Shown piece by piece: positions 1 through 8,641 of a stretch of 50,588 nucleotides of DNA (positions within the stretch are counted from its first letter, which is position 1; every line of letters begins with the position of its first letter). Origin of the DNA: Candidatus Eiseniibacteriota bacterium (lineage in GTDB: Bacteria > Eisenbacteria > RBG-16-71-46 > SZUA-252); the NCBI GenBank assembly GCA_041486775.1, contig JBGPMB010000003.1, forward strand, positions 1 through 50,588, read 5' to 3'. The translations under genes were made by a program, and so were the position numbers. A model generated the notes under the pieces. It did not search any database. It saw only the letters and a list, made by a program, of their open reading frames with translations, and was not told the origin of the DNA.

Positions 1-1303
1 CCTGCTGCTGGATCGCCGCCTCTTTCTCCTTCGCCACCTCTTCGACCTGCTTCTCCAGCTCCCGCACCTCGGTCGGAATCGCGGAGATGCTGAGCCGCGC
101 GCAGGCGCCCGCCTCGTCGATGACGTCGATCGCCTTGTCGGGAAGGAACCGGTCGTTGATGTACCGGTCGGCCAGCTTGACGGCCTGAACGATGGAGTCG
201 TCCGAATACTTGGCCCCGTGGTGCGCCTCGTACTTGTCGCGCAGCCCGCGGATGATCTGGATCGTCTGATCCACCGAGGGCGGATCCACCATGATCGGCT
301 GGAACCGCCGCTCCAGGGCGCCGTCTTTCTCGATGTACTTGCGGAACTCGTCCAGGGTGGTCGCCCCGATGCACTGGAGCTCGCCGCGAGCCAGGGCCGG
401 CTTCAGCATGTTGGAGGCGTCGATCGCGCCCTCCGCCCCGCCCGCCCCGACGATCGTGTGGAGCTCGTCGATGAAGATGATCGTGTCCTTGGACTCGCGG
501 ATCTCGTTCATGACCGCCTTGAGGCGTTCCTCGAACTGGCCGCGATACTTGGTCCCGGCCACGACGGCGGCCAGGTCCAGCGTCACGATCCGCTTGTCCT
601 TGAGGGTCTCGGGAACCTTGTTCTCCACGATGCGCTCGGCCAATCCCTCCGCGATGGCGGTCTTGCCGACCCCCGGCTCGCCGATCAGGATCGGGTTGTT
701 CTTCTTGCGCCGGGAGAGGACCTGGATGACCCGGTCGATCTCGAGCTCGCGCCCGATGATGGGGTCCAGCTTCCCTTCGCGCGCCAGCAGCGTGAGATCG
801 CGGCCGAACTGGTTCAGCGCGGGCGTTTCGACCTTCCCCTCGCGCTCCGGCTGCGACACGGACGGTGTCCCCCCGAGGAGCTTCAGCGTCTCCTCACGGA
901 CCTTCTTCCGGTCCACGCCCAGCTCGAGCAGGACGCGAGCGGCGACGCCTTCGCCCTCGCGGATGAGCCCCAGCAGGAGGTGCTCGGTCCCGACGTAGTT
1001 GTGGCCGAGCTGCCGCGCCTCGTCGACGCTCAGCTCCAGCACGCGCTTCGCGCGGGGCGTGAACGGAATCTCCCCAATCGTGAGCGTGCCGCCCGTCGAG
1101 GAGACCATGCTCTCCACCGCCTGGCGGATGGCGTCCAGATCCAAGCCCAGGTTGTTCAGCACGGTGGCCGCGATTCCCTCGCCCTCGCGGATCACGCCGA
1201 GGAGCAGGTGCTCGGTGCCGATGTAGTCGTGCTGGAGCCGCGCGGCTTCTTCCCGCGCGAGATACATCACCTTCCGCACGCGTTCCGTGAACTTGTCATG
1301 CAT
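1..1303 (-). CDS. clpC: ATP-dependent Clp protease ATP-binding subunit ClpC (5' part; runs off the window start)
   Basis: Translated by hand: [36 protein letters not shown] (Clp N-repeats), Walker [30 protein letters not shown] upstream; lies directly downstream of mcsB. Absent from the ORF track because it is truncated. Confidence 0.96.
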   Translation of the reverse strand, partial: MHDKFTERVRKVMYLAREEAARLQHDYIGTEHLLLGVIREGEGIAATVLNNLGLDLDAIRQAVESMVSSTGGTLTIGEIPFTPRAKRVLELSVDEARQLGHNYVGTEHLLLGLIREGEGVAARVLLELGVDRKKVREETLKLLGGTPSVSQPEREGKVETPALNQFGRDLTLLAREGKLDPIIGRELEIDRVIQVLSRRKKNNPILIGEPGVGKTAIAEGLAERIVENKVPETLKDKRIVTLDLAAVVAGTKYRGQFEERLKAVMNEIRESKDTIIFIDELHTIVGAGGAEGAIDASNMLKPALARGELQCIGATTLDEFRKYIEKDGALERRFQPIMVDPPSVDQTIQIIRGLRDKYEAHHGAKYSDDSIVQAVKLADRYINDRFLPDKAIDVIDEAGACARLSISAIPTEVRELEKQVEEVAKEKEAAIQQQ

Positions 1304-1320
1304 GGATCTAGGCCTCCCCC

Positions 1321-2397
1321 CTAATTGCTCGTCACTGGAACGGAGCCTCCCTCACCGAGAAGCTTCCGAATATATTCCGCTCTCATGATGTTCCGCTCGC
1401 GCGCCTCGAGCTCCTTCCCCGCTTGGACTTGCAGATGCGCCGGCTGCGACCGCACGAGGAGCTCGTTCAGCGTCTGCACGCTCGCGAGCCCTTCGATCCG
1501 CAGCGCCACCCCGAAGCGCACCGCCGAGGATAGATTGACCACCTCCTGCGAGGAGATCACCCGGCTGTGGCGCAGCGTCCCGTACGCGCGCCAGATCTTG
1601 TCCTCGATCTGGACCCGCGCGTCCTTCAAGAGCTCGTCGCGCGCCCGCTGCTCCGAATCGATGATCTGCTTCGTGACGCGCTCGAGACTGTCGATCGTTT
1701 CCCGCTCGTTCTGACCCAGAGTGGTTTGGTTCGAGATCTGGAAGAAGTTTCCCATGATCTGGGAGCCTTCTCCGTAGAAACCCCGAACCGCGAGACCGAC
1801 CTGGGTGATTCCCTGGAGAACGCGCCCGATCTGCTTCGTGAGCACGAGCGACGGCAGGTGGATGAGCACCGAGGCCCTCATGCCCGTGCCTACGTTCGTC
1901 GGGCACGCAGTCAGATAGCCCAGCTCGTCGCTGAAAGCATAGTCCAGGTCCTGGGCCAATTCATCATCGATGGCGTTCACCGACTCCCACGCCGACCGGA
2001 GCTGGAATCCCGAGGCGAGCGCCTGGAGCCTCAGATGATCCTCTTCGTTCACCATCGCCGAGATGCTCTCGTCCGGAAGCACCAGAAGGCCACGCAGCTT
2101 GCCGTTGTCCGCCAGATCGTTGCTGATGAGATGGCGCTCGACGAGAAACTGCCGGTCCAGAGGCGTGAGCTCGCGCATCTCGAGCGCGAGCGATTGCGTC
2201 AGGGCCGGGGTCTTCCGCACCGCGGAGAGGATGCTCGAGTACACCATGACGAGCTGCTCTTCGCGTGCGCGATGCGTGAACGGCACGCCCGAGAGATTGC
2301 GGGCCAGGCGGACGCGCGTGCTCAGTACGACGTCGGACGCGGGTCCGGAGCCGTCGAGCCAGCGGCCGAGCGAGCTGCTGAGTCCGGATAGCTTCAC
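1321..2397 (-). CDS. mcsB: Protein-arginine kinase McsB (ATP:guanido phosphotransferase)
   Basis: [32 protein letters not shown] and FQISNQ motifs; between mcsA and clpC. Confidence 0.95.
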   Translation of the reverse strand: MKLSGLSSSLGRWLDGSGPASDVVLSTRVRLARNLSGVPFTHRAREEQLVMVYSSILSAVRKTPALTQSLALEMRELTPLDRQFLVERHLISNDLADNGKLRGLLVLPDESISAMVNEEDHLRLQALASGFQLRSAWESVNAIDDELAQDLDYAFSDELGYLTACPTNVGTGMRASVLIHLPSLVLTKQIGRVLQGITQVGLAVRGFYGEGSQIMGNFFQISNQTTLGQNERETIDSLERVTKQIIDSEQRARDELLKDARVQIEDKIWRAYGTLRHSRVISSQEVVNLSSAVRFGVALRIEGLASVQTLNELLVRSQPAHLQVQAGKELEARERNIMRAEYIRKLLGEGGSVPVTSN

Positions 2398-2936
2398 GCC
2401 GCTCCCCCTCCCACCGCTCCCCCTCCCACCGCGCGAACGTCGTTGGCTTCCATCTTCCTGATTCGATCCCTCAGATCCGCCGCCGATTCGAAGTCTTCGC
2501 GCTCGACCGCCTTCTGGAGCTCTTCGTGGAGCCGCTGCACTTCCCGCCTCAAGGCCACGCGCGCGGCGTCACGCACGGGGGTCTTGCCCACGTGCTTGGT
2601 GCTGCCGTGCACCCGGCGCAGAAGCGGACGGAGCTGGCTGCGGAAGGTCGGGTAGCACTCCGAGCAACCCAGCCGGCCGGTCTCCTTGAAGTTGGAGTAG
2701 ACGAGGCCGCACTTGGGGCATTGGACCCGGCCGACGCGGGCCTCCTCCGCGGAGCCGGGCTGCTCCACCATGCCGGCGAGAAGGTCTCCGACCGAGAACT
2801 TCGTCTTCACGAGCGGCACGTGGTAGCCCTTCTCCTCCGCGCACTTCTCGCAGACGTGGTACTCGGATTTCTTGTTGTTGACGATCTCGGTGAAGTGGAC
2901 CACCGCCGGTCGCTTGGCGCAAATTTGACACTGCAT
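2394..2936 (-). CDS. mcsA: McsA, McsB activator (CxxC zinc motifs plus UVR domain)
   Basis: MQCQIC..CEKC..CPKC..GRLGCSECY and the UVR motif AVEREDFESAADLRD. ATG at 2936 with GGAAGG RBS preferred over TTG at 2990. Confidence 0.93.
   Translation of the reverse strand: MQCQICAKRPAVVHFTEIVNNKKSEYHVCEKCAEEKGYHVPLVKTKFSVGDLLAGMVEQPGSAEEARVGRVQCPKCGLVYSNFKETGRLGCSECYPTFRSQLRPLLRRVHGSTKHVGKTPVRDAARVALRREVQRLHEELQKAVEREDFESAADLRDRIRKMEANDVRAVGGGAVGGGAA
2399..2432 (-). repeat. 15-bp tandem duplication (about 2.2 copies) containing the mcsB Shine-Dalgarno
   Basis: Plus strand ccgctccccctccca x2 followed by ccgc; encodes AVGGG-AVGGG at the McsA C-terminus. Confidence 0.85.
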
Positions 2937-3020
2937 GGACGTTCCTTCCAAGTTGGCCGAATGCCCCGACGACTCCGAGGCACCTGACAAATCCGACTGC
3001 CCCCTGACGAGCCTGACTAA

Positions 3021-3737
3021 TTAGATGCGACCCGACACAATTCTAATCGGCTTGAGATAGCCATCCTCAAGGGTAACCACGCGACCGGCGAATTGCGCGA
3101 CATCTGGGTTATGTGTCGCGATGACAATAGCTTGCCGCTCACGTGACCGATATCGCTCGAAGATTTCCATGAGAGTCGCCGAGGCCCGCCGGTCCAAATT
3201 GCCCGTCGGCTCGTCGGCCAGAAGGACCGCAGGCCTCATATGCAAGGCGCGAGCCACGGCCACCCGCTGCTGTTCCCCGCCCGAAAGCTCCCCCGGCTTG
3301 TGCTCGGCGCGCCCCATCAGGCCCAGGTCCTCGAGAAGGCTCTCGGCTCGCGCCCGGGCGGCGGCGCGGGAGCTGCCCGCCACCCAGCCCGGCATCATGA
3401 CGTTTTCCAGGGCCGTGAATTCGGGCAAGAGCTGGTGGAACTGGAACACGAATCCCACCGAGCGGGCGCGGAGGCGGGAACGCCCCGCCTCGTCCAGCGC
3501 CGCGAGATCCTCCCCGCCGACGCACACCGTCCCGGCCGTCGGCCGGTCGAGACCGCCCAGCAGATGAAGAAGGGTGGATTTGCCGGACCCGGAGGCCCCC
3601 ACGACCGCCACCACCTCCCCGGGGTCCACGGATAGGTTCACGTCTTTCAGCACTTCGATCGGCGCCGCCGCGTCATGATAGGTCTTCACGAGGCCCCGCG
3701 CCAGAAGCGCCGGCGGGTGCCGCGCGGCGTCATTCAT
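3021..3737 (-). CDS. lolD: Lipoprotein-releasing ABC transporter ATP-binding protein LolD
   Basis: GASGSGKST, FVFQFHQLLPEFTALENV, LSGGEQQRVAVARAL, LADEPTGNLD; follows the LolC/E gene. Start taken as ATG at 3737. Confidence 0.9.
   Translation of the reverse strand: MNDAARHPPALLARGLVKTYHDAAAPIEVLKDVNLSVDPGEVVAVVGASGSGKSTLLHLLGGLDRPTAGTVCVGGEDLAALDEAGRSRLRARSVGFVFQFHQLLPEFTALENVMMPGWVAGSSRAAARARAESLLEDLGLMGRAEHKPGELSGGEQQRVAVARALHMRPAVLLADEPTGNLDRRASATLMEIFERYRSRERQAIVIATHNPDVAQFAGRVVTLEDGYLKPIRIVSGRI
3040..3071 (-). promoter_or_regulatory. Candidate promoter/operator for mcsA-mcsB-clpC: -10 TAGAAT (3040-3045) plus inverted repeat CTTGAG-N9-CTCAAG (3051-3071)
   Basis: AT-rich patch inside the lolD 3' end; the repeat matches 12 of 14 positions of the HspR HAIR consensus CTTGAGT-N7-ACTCAAG. 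Confidence 0.5.
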
Positions 3738-4953
3738 ACCGGATCGATTCCACGGGAGCAAGCCTCGCGGCCCGCCAGGCGGGGTAGAGGCTCGCGAGGA
3801 AGCAGAGCGCCGTCGCCGCGACGGCCACGAGCGCGAAATCGGTCCATTCCATTTTCACGGGGAGCGTGTCGATGAAATAGATCTCGCCGGGAAGGTGGAG
3901 GAGCTTGTATCGGCCGAGGACGAACGAGACGCCCCATCCCACGAGGATCCCGAGCGAGGTCCCCATGAGCCCGACGAGCGTTCCCTGCAACAGGAAGATA
4001 CGCATGATCCCTTGGGGCGTGACTCCCATCGTTCGTAGAACCCCGATGTCCCGCCGCTTCTCCAGCACGAGCATCACGAGGCTCGAGACGATGTTCACCG
4101 TCGCCACCAGCACGATCAGGATGAGGATCGTGAACATCACCGCCTTCTCGATTTTCATCCATGCGAAGAGATTCCGGTTGAGATCGATCCAGTTGGTCAC
4201 GCGGTAGGCCGATCCCAGCGCCCGCTCCAGGGCCGCGGACGTCTCGCGCGCGCGAAACATGTCCGGAATCCGAAGCTCGTAGCCCGTGATGCCTCCGCGC
4301 ATCCCGAAAAATTCGGCCGCGGTCTCCAGGCGCACGATGCCGAACGAGGAGTCGTACTCGTAGAGACCCGACCGGAAGATCGAGCTGACACGAAGCCGCT
4401 TCACGCGGGGCGGCGCGCCCAGAAGCCCTCCCGGCTCCTCCGAGGGAAGGCTGATGAGGATGACGTCGCCGACCGAGACCCGGAGCCGCACCGCCAGCTC
4501 TTCCCCGAGCCCGATCCCGGGAAGGTCCCCGCCGTCGAGCGGATGCCCGGCGGGCAGGAGATGCGCCATGATGTCGGTGACCCGGGACTCGCCGGCCGGT
4601 TCGACTCCCTTGAGCACCATCCCGTCCACGCTGCTCCGCGAGGCCACCATCACCTTCCCGTAGACGAACCCCGCCGCCGCCGCGTCCGGCGCCGCACGAC
4701 GAACCAGGGCGAGAAGAGAGTCGGACGGGGTGACCGGACGATCGTCGGCGGAGAGCACCGCCACGTGCGCGTTCGTTCCGGCGATCCTCTGCTGCACCTG
4801 GTCCTCGAAGCCGTTCATTACCGAGAGGACGATGGTGAGCGCGGCGACCCCGACGAAGACGCCGCCCGAGGCGAGGATGCTGACGAGCGTGATGAAGCTG
4901 ATCCGGCGCTTGGAGCGCAGGTAGCGCGAGGCGATGATCCAGACGAAGCCCAT
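3730..4953 (-). CDS. Lipoprotein-releasing ABC transporter permease, LolC/E (LolF-type) family
   Basis: IASRYLRSKRR, VLSVMNGF, KRRDIGVLRTMG, YPAWRAARLAPVESIRYE; lysS-lolC/E-lolD synteny. Confidence 0.92.
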   Translation of the reverse strand: MGFVWIIASRYLRSKRRISFITLVSILASGGVFVGVAALTIVLSVMNGFEDQVQQRIAGTNAHVAVLSADDRPVTPSDSLLALVRRAAPDAAAAGFVYGKVMVASRSSVDGMVLKGVEPAGESRVTDIMAHLLPAGHPLDGGDLPGIGLGEELAVRLRVSVGDVILISLPSEEPGGLLGAPPRVKRLRVSSIFRSGLYEYDSSFGIVRLETAAEFFGMRGGITGYELRIPDMFRARETSAALERALGSAYRVTNWIDLNRNLFAWMKIEKAVMFTILILIVLVATVNIVSSLVMLVLEKRRDIGVLRTMGVTPQGIMRIFLLQGTLVGLMGTSLGILVGWGVSFVLGRYKLLHLPGEIYFIDTLPVKMEWTDFALVAVAATALCFLASLYPAWRAARLAPVESIRYE

Positions 4954-4982
4954 GGCCGCCTCAGCCGCGCGCGGCCGGGAGG

Positions 4983-6449
4983 CTAGGCCTCGTCATGAGG
5001 CTCCTCGGGTCGCATGTGCGGGAAGAGGACCACGTCCCGGATGGACGGGGCGCCCGTGATCAGCATGACCAGTCGATCGACGCCGACCCCGACACCGCCG
5101 GTCGGGGGCATGCCCATCTCGAGCGCTCGCAGGTAATCGGAGTCCAGCACCTGCGCCTCGTCGTCCCCGCGCTCGCGGAGACCCGCCTGCTGCTCGAAGG
5201 CGCGCCTCTGCTCGTCTGGATCGTTCTGCTCCGAGAAGGAATTCGCCGTCTCCATCCCCGCGATGATGAGCTCGAAACGCTCCACTACCTCGGGATTCCC
5301 GCGTTTCACCTTCGCCAGCGGCGAGCTCTCGCGCGGGTAGTCGACGAGGAAGGTGGGATTCCAGAGCCCGGGCTGCACCTTCACCGAGACGATCTCGTCC
5401 AGGATGCGCCCGTACCCGAAGGCGGGGTCCAGGGGAACGCCCGCGCGTCCCGCCGCGTCGCGGAGCCCGCGCTCATCGCGCGGGAGCTCGCGCACCCCCA
5501 GCCCCTCCGCCGCCGCCTCCGCGATCGTGAGCCGGCGCCACGGGAGCGTGAAGTCGATGGGCTTCCCCTCCCAGACGATCGGCTCCCCCCGACGCACGGT
5601 CGCGACGACGTGAAGGAACAGGGCCTGCGTCGTCCGGAGCGTCTCCTCGTAATCCGCGAACGCCTGGTAGAACTCGAGCATCGTGAACTCGGGACTGTGG
5701 GTGCGATCCATCCCCTCGTTCCGGAAATCCTTCGAGATCTCGTAGACCCGCTCGAGGCCGCCCACGATGAGCCGCTTCAAGTAGAGCTCGTCCGCGATCC
5801 TGAGATAGAGATTCATGTCCAGGGCGTGATGATGCGTCACGAAGGGGCGGGCCGAGGCGCCGCCGTACACGGGCTGGAGCACCGGGGTCTCCACCTCGAG
5901 AAATCCGCGCGCGTCGAGGAAAGCGCGCAGGGCGCGGATGATCGCGGCCCGCTCGCGGAACACCCGGCGCACGTCGTCGTTCACGATGAGGTCCGTGTAA
6001 CGCTGGCGGTAGCGGATCTCGACGTCGGTCAGGCCGTGCCACTTCTCCGGAAGCGGTCGGAGCGACTTCGCCAGGAGCTCCACGCGTTCGGCGCGGATCG
6101 TGATCTCGCCCGTCTTCGTGACGAAGACCAGCCCTTCCACCCCGATCCAGTCTCCCAGGTCCAAATCCATCGCCCGCGCGAAGGCGTCGGGCCCGAGGAC
6201 GTCCTCCCGGAAGTACACCTGCTGAAGGCCGGCGGCATCCTTCACGTGCGCGAACGCCGCCTTGCCGTGGCCCCGCTTCGTCATGAGGCGTCCGGCGTAG
6301 CGGACGCGCTCCCCCGATTGCTCCAGCTCCGTGTGGCGCTCCCGAATCGAGGCGGAGCCGTGGGTGACGTCGAAGCGGTAGGCGTAAGGCTCGATTCCGC
6401 GCTGGATCAGCGCGTCCAGCTTTTCGCGGCGCGAATCTTGGACGGACAC
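4983..6449 (-). CDS. lysS: Lysine--tRNA ligase (class II)
   Basis: PLPEKWHGL, RYRQRY, FLEVETP, LRIADELYLKRLIVGG, FRNEG, GMPPTGGVGVGVDRL. Likely start GTG 6449 with GGAG RBS (ORF track start 6485). Confidence 0.97.
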   Translation of the reverse strand: MSVQDSRREKLDALIQRGIEPYAYRFDVTHGSASIRERHTELEQSGERVRYAGRLMTKRGHGKAAFAHVKDAAGLQQVYFREDVLGPDAFARAMDLDLGDWIGVEGLVFVTKTGEITIRAERVELLAKSLRPLPEKWHGLTDVEIRYRQRYTDLIVNDDVRRVFRERAAIIRALRAFLDARGFLEVETPVLQPVYGGASARPFVTHHHALDMNLYLRIADELYLKRLIVGGLERVYEISKDFRNEGMDRTHSPEFTMLEFYQAFADYEETLRTTQALFLHVVATVRRGEPIVWEGKPIDFTLPWRRLTIAEAAAEGLGVRELPRDERGLRDAAGRAGVPLDPAFGYGRILDEIVSVKVQPGLWNPTFLVDYPRESSPLAKVKRGNPEVVERFELIIAGMETANSFSEQNDPDEQRRAFEQQAGLRERGDDEAQVLDSDYLRALEMGMPPTGGVGVGVDRLVMLITGAPSIRDVVLFPHMRPEEPHDEA

Positions 6450-6524
6450 GAGTCTCCGGCGAATGAGGAGGTTCCCGCCGCGCACGGCGGGGCGTGGACA
6501 TGGAGCCAGGGCGGACAGCGGGCG

Positions 6525-6554
6525 ATTCTAGAGAAGCGGGGAGAACGAGGTCAA
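6525..6554 (-). promoter_or_regulatory. sigma70-type promoter for lysS-lolC/E-lolD
   Basis: TTGACC (6554-6549), 18-nt spacer, TAGAAT (6530-6525), in the intergenic gap. Confidence 0.65.
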
Positions 6555-6567
6555 GTGCGGCAGGAAC

Positions 6568-8535
6568 CTAGCGGCGCGTCCGGACCACCGGCCGTGGCGG
6601 CTCCGAAGCGGGAATCAGAGGCTCGGGGGGAACCTCCGCGACGACGCTCGGCGTGCGGCGCGTGCCGCATCCGGGGCAGAACGCCCAGGACGCGTCGACG
6701 CGACGGTCGCACTTGAGGCACGCGGCGGCGATGGTGTGGCCGCAATGCGGACAGAAATGATACTCCGCGGCCGCGGTCTGGCGGCAGGACGGACAGAGGC
6801 GAGCGGCTTCCTCTTCATAGAAGATCACCCGCCGCAGCTCCTCCAGGCTCGTCTCACCGGCCATGACTTTCAAGAGGCCGTCTTCCCCGATCGGGGTCAT
6901 GCCGTTCTCGACCGCCGCGGCGCGAACCATGGACTCCGCCGCCCCCGCCGCGATGAGCCGGCGGAGCGAATCGTCCAGTTCCAAGATTTCAAAGATCCCG
7001 GTCCTGCCGCGATAGCCCGTCTGGGCGCAGTACTCGCACCCGACCGGACGGAAGAGCCCGACCCCCTGCGCCTCGCGCGCCGTTAATCCTAGAATTCGGA
7101 GCTCGTCTCCGACCGGCGCGTACTGATCCTTACACTTGGGACACAGGACCCGGACAAGGCGCATCGAGATCACGCTGATCAGGCTCGAGGCCACCATATA
7201 GGGCTGCAGCCCCAGGTCCACGAGGCGGGTCACCACCGAGGCCGCGTCGTTGGTGTGCACGGTGGAGAGCACGAGGTGTCCCGTGATGGAGGCTCGGAAC
7301 GCGATCTGCGCGGTTTCCAGATCGCGGACCTCGCCGATCATCATGATGTCGGGGTCCTGGCGCAGCATGGCGCGCAGGATGGCCGCGAAGGTCTTCTTGC
7401 TCTTCTCGTCCACCTGGACCTGGTTGATCCCGGCGATCTGGTATTCGATCGGATCCTCGACCGTGAGGATGTTCTTGGTCACGCTGTGGATGTGCTGCAG
7501 GAGCGAATAGAGAAGCGTGCTCTTGCCGCTCCCGGTCGGACCCGTCACGGCCACGATGCCCTGGGGCCGCTGGCCGTAGGAGCGGATCCGGACCAGCGCC
7601 GACTCGGAGAGTCCGAGGGAGTCCAGGTGGAGCGCCGAACGCTCCTGGTCCACGATGCGGATCACGATCTTCTCGCCGTGGGCCGTCGGCAGGGTCGAGA
7701 CCCGGAGGTCGATCCGCCTGCCGTCGATCTCCACGCGGAAGCTTCCGTCCTGGGGCAGCCTCTTCTCGGCGATGTCGAGCGTGGCGAGGATCTTGATCCG
7801 GGAGACCAGCGCTCCCTGCGTCCACTTGGGGAGGCGCTCCAGGTCTTGAAGTAGGCCGTCCACGCGGCAGCGCACCCCGACCCACTTTTCCTGGGGCTCG
7901 ACGTGAATGTCGCTGGCCCGGAGCTCGACGGCGCGCGTGATCACCCAGTTCGCCAGCCGGACGATCGGGGGGCCGGCGCTGATCTTCATCAGCTCGTCTA
8001 GGTTCTCCTCCCCATCCGTCGGGACGATCTCGCGGATCTCCTGGACGGGATCGTTCTTGATGATGTTCTCGAGGATTTCCACGACGGAGGCGTCGATGTG
8101 GTAGTACTTCGCGATCGCCTCGGAGATCTCGGAGGGCGGTGCCAGAACCGGGCGCACGAAGTAGCCGGACTGGAACTTGATATCCTCGAGCGCCTGGGCG
8201 TTCAGGGGATCCGCGAGCGCCACACGGAGCGTGCTCCGGTTCTCCAGATCGATGGGGATCGCGGTGTACTTCTTGGCGAGGTCCTCGCGCACGAGGGCGA
8301 TGACCTGCTCGTCGATGGCGATGGTCTCCAGCTCGACGATGGGAAGCCCGAGCTGCTGGTGCAGCACCCGGCAGATGTCCCCCTCGCTGACCATGCCCTG
8401 CCGGGCGAGGATGTGCCCCAGCGGCTCCTTGGTCTGCCGCTGCCGCCTCAGCGCCTCCTTCAGCTGCTGATCGGTGACGAGCCCGGCATCCAGCAGGTAC
8501 TCGCCCAGCTTCTTCCGCGAGACGTTTTCGGACAC
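6568..8535 (-). CDS. GspE/PilB-family assembly ATPase with N-terminal MshEN-like domain and C-terminal double zinc ribbon
   Basis: ASDIHVEP, RLPQDG, GPTGSGKST, TVEDPIEY, LRQDPD, GHLVLSTVHTN. N-terminal KLGEYLLDAGLVTDQQLKEALRRQ; four C-terminal CxxC pairs. Confidence 0.92.
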   Translation of the reverse strand: MSENVSRKKLGEYLLDAGLVTDQQLKEALRRQRQTKEPLGHILARQGMVSEGDICRVLHQQLGLPIVELETIAIDEQVIALVREDLAKKYTAIPIDLENRSTLRVALADPLNAQALEDIKFQSGYFVRPVLAPPSEISEAIAKYYHIDASVVEILENIIKNDPVQEIREIVPTDGEENLDELMKISAGPPIVRLANWVITRAVELRASDIHVEPQEKWVGVRCRVDGLLQDLERLPKWTQGALVSRIKILATLDIAEKRLPQDGSFRVEIDGRRIDLRVSTLPTAHGEKIVIRIVDQERSALHLDSLGLSESALVRIRSYGQRPQGIVAVTGPTGSGKSTLLYSLLQHIHSVTKNILTVEDPIEYQIAGINQVQVDEKSKKTFAAILRAMLRQDPDIMMIGEVRDLETAQIAFRASITGHLVLSTVHTNDAASVVTRLVDLGLQPYMVASSLISVISMRLVRVLCPKCKDQYAPVGDELRILGLTAREAQGVGLFRPVGCEYCAQTGYRGRTGIFEILELDDSLRRLIAAGAAESMVRAAAVENGMTPIGEDGLLKVMAGETSLEELRRVIFYEEEAARLCPSCRQTAAAEYHFCPHCGHTIAAACLKCDRRVDASWAFCPGCGTRRTPSVVAEVPPEPLIPASEPPRPVVRTRR

Positions 8536-8577
8536 GGTTCGGCTCCCCCGGTGGATGCGCTGCGGCTCGGAGCATGG

Positions 8578-8603
8578 ATCGGCATTCCGGGGGTCGAACT
8601 TGA
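8578..8603 (-). promoter_or_regulatory. Possible sigma28-type promoter upstream of the PilB-like ATPase
   Basis: TCAAG...GCCGAT with 16 nt between TCAA and GCCGAT (consensus TAAA-N15/16-GCCGATAA). Confidence 0.3.
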
Positions 8604-8641
8604 GAGAGGCCGGACGTCCGAAGCGCGCCCGGAACGAGGGG

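Noticed and set aside
218-1324. Long plus-strand ORFs opposite real genes (218..1324, 4995..6716, 11584..13860, 20731..22983, 41847..44684 and many others)
   Set aside because: Antisense shadow ORFs typical of high-GC DNA; no motifs, and the opposite strand encodes clearly recognisable proteins.
3096-3120. Inverted repeat CGCGACA-N11-TGTCGCG in lolD
   Set aside because: Short and GC-rich, so plausible by chance; no match to CIRCE or another operator I recognise.
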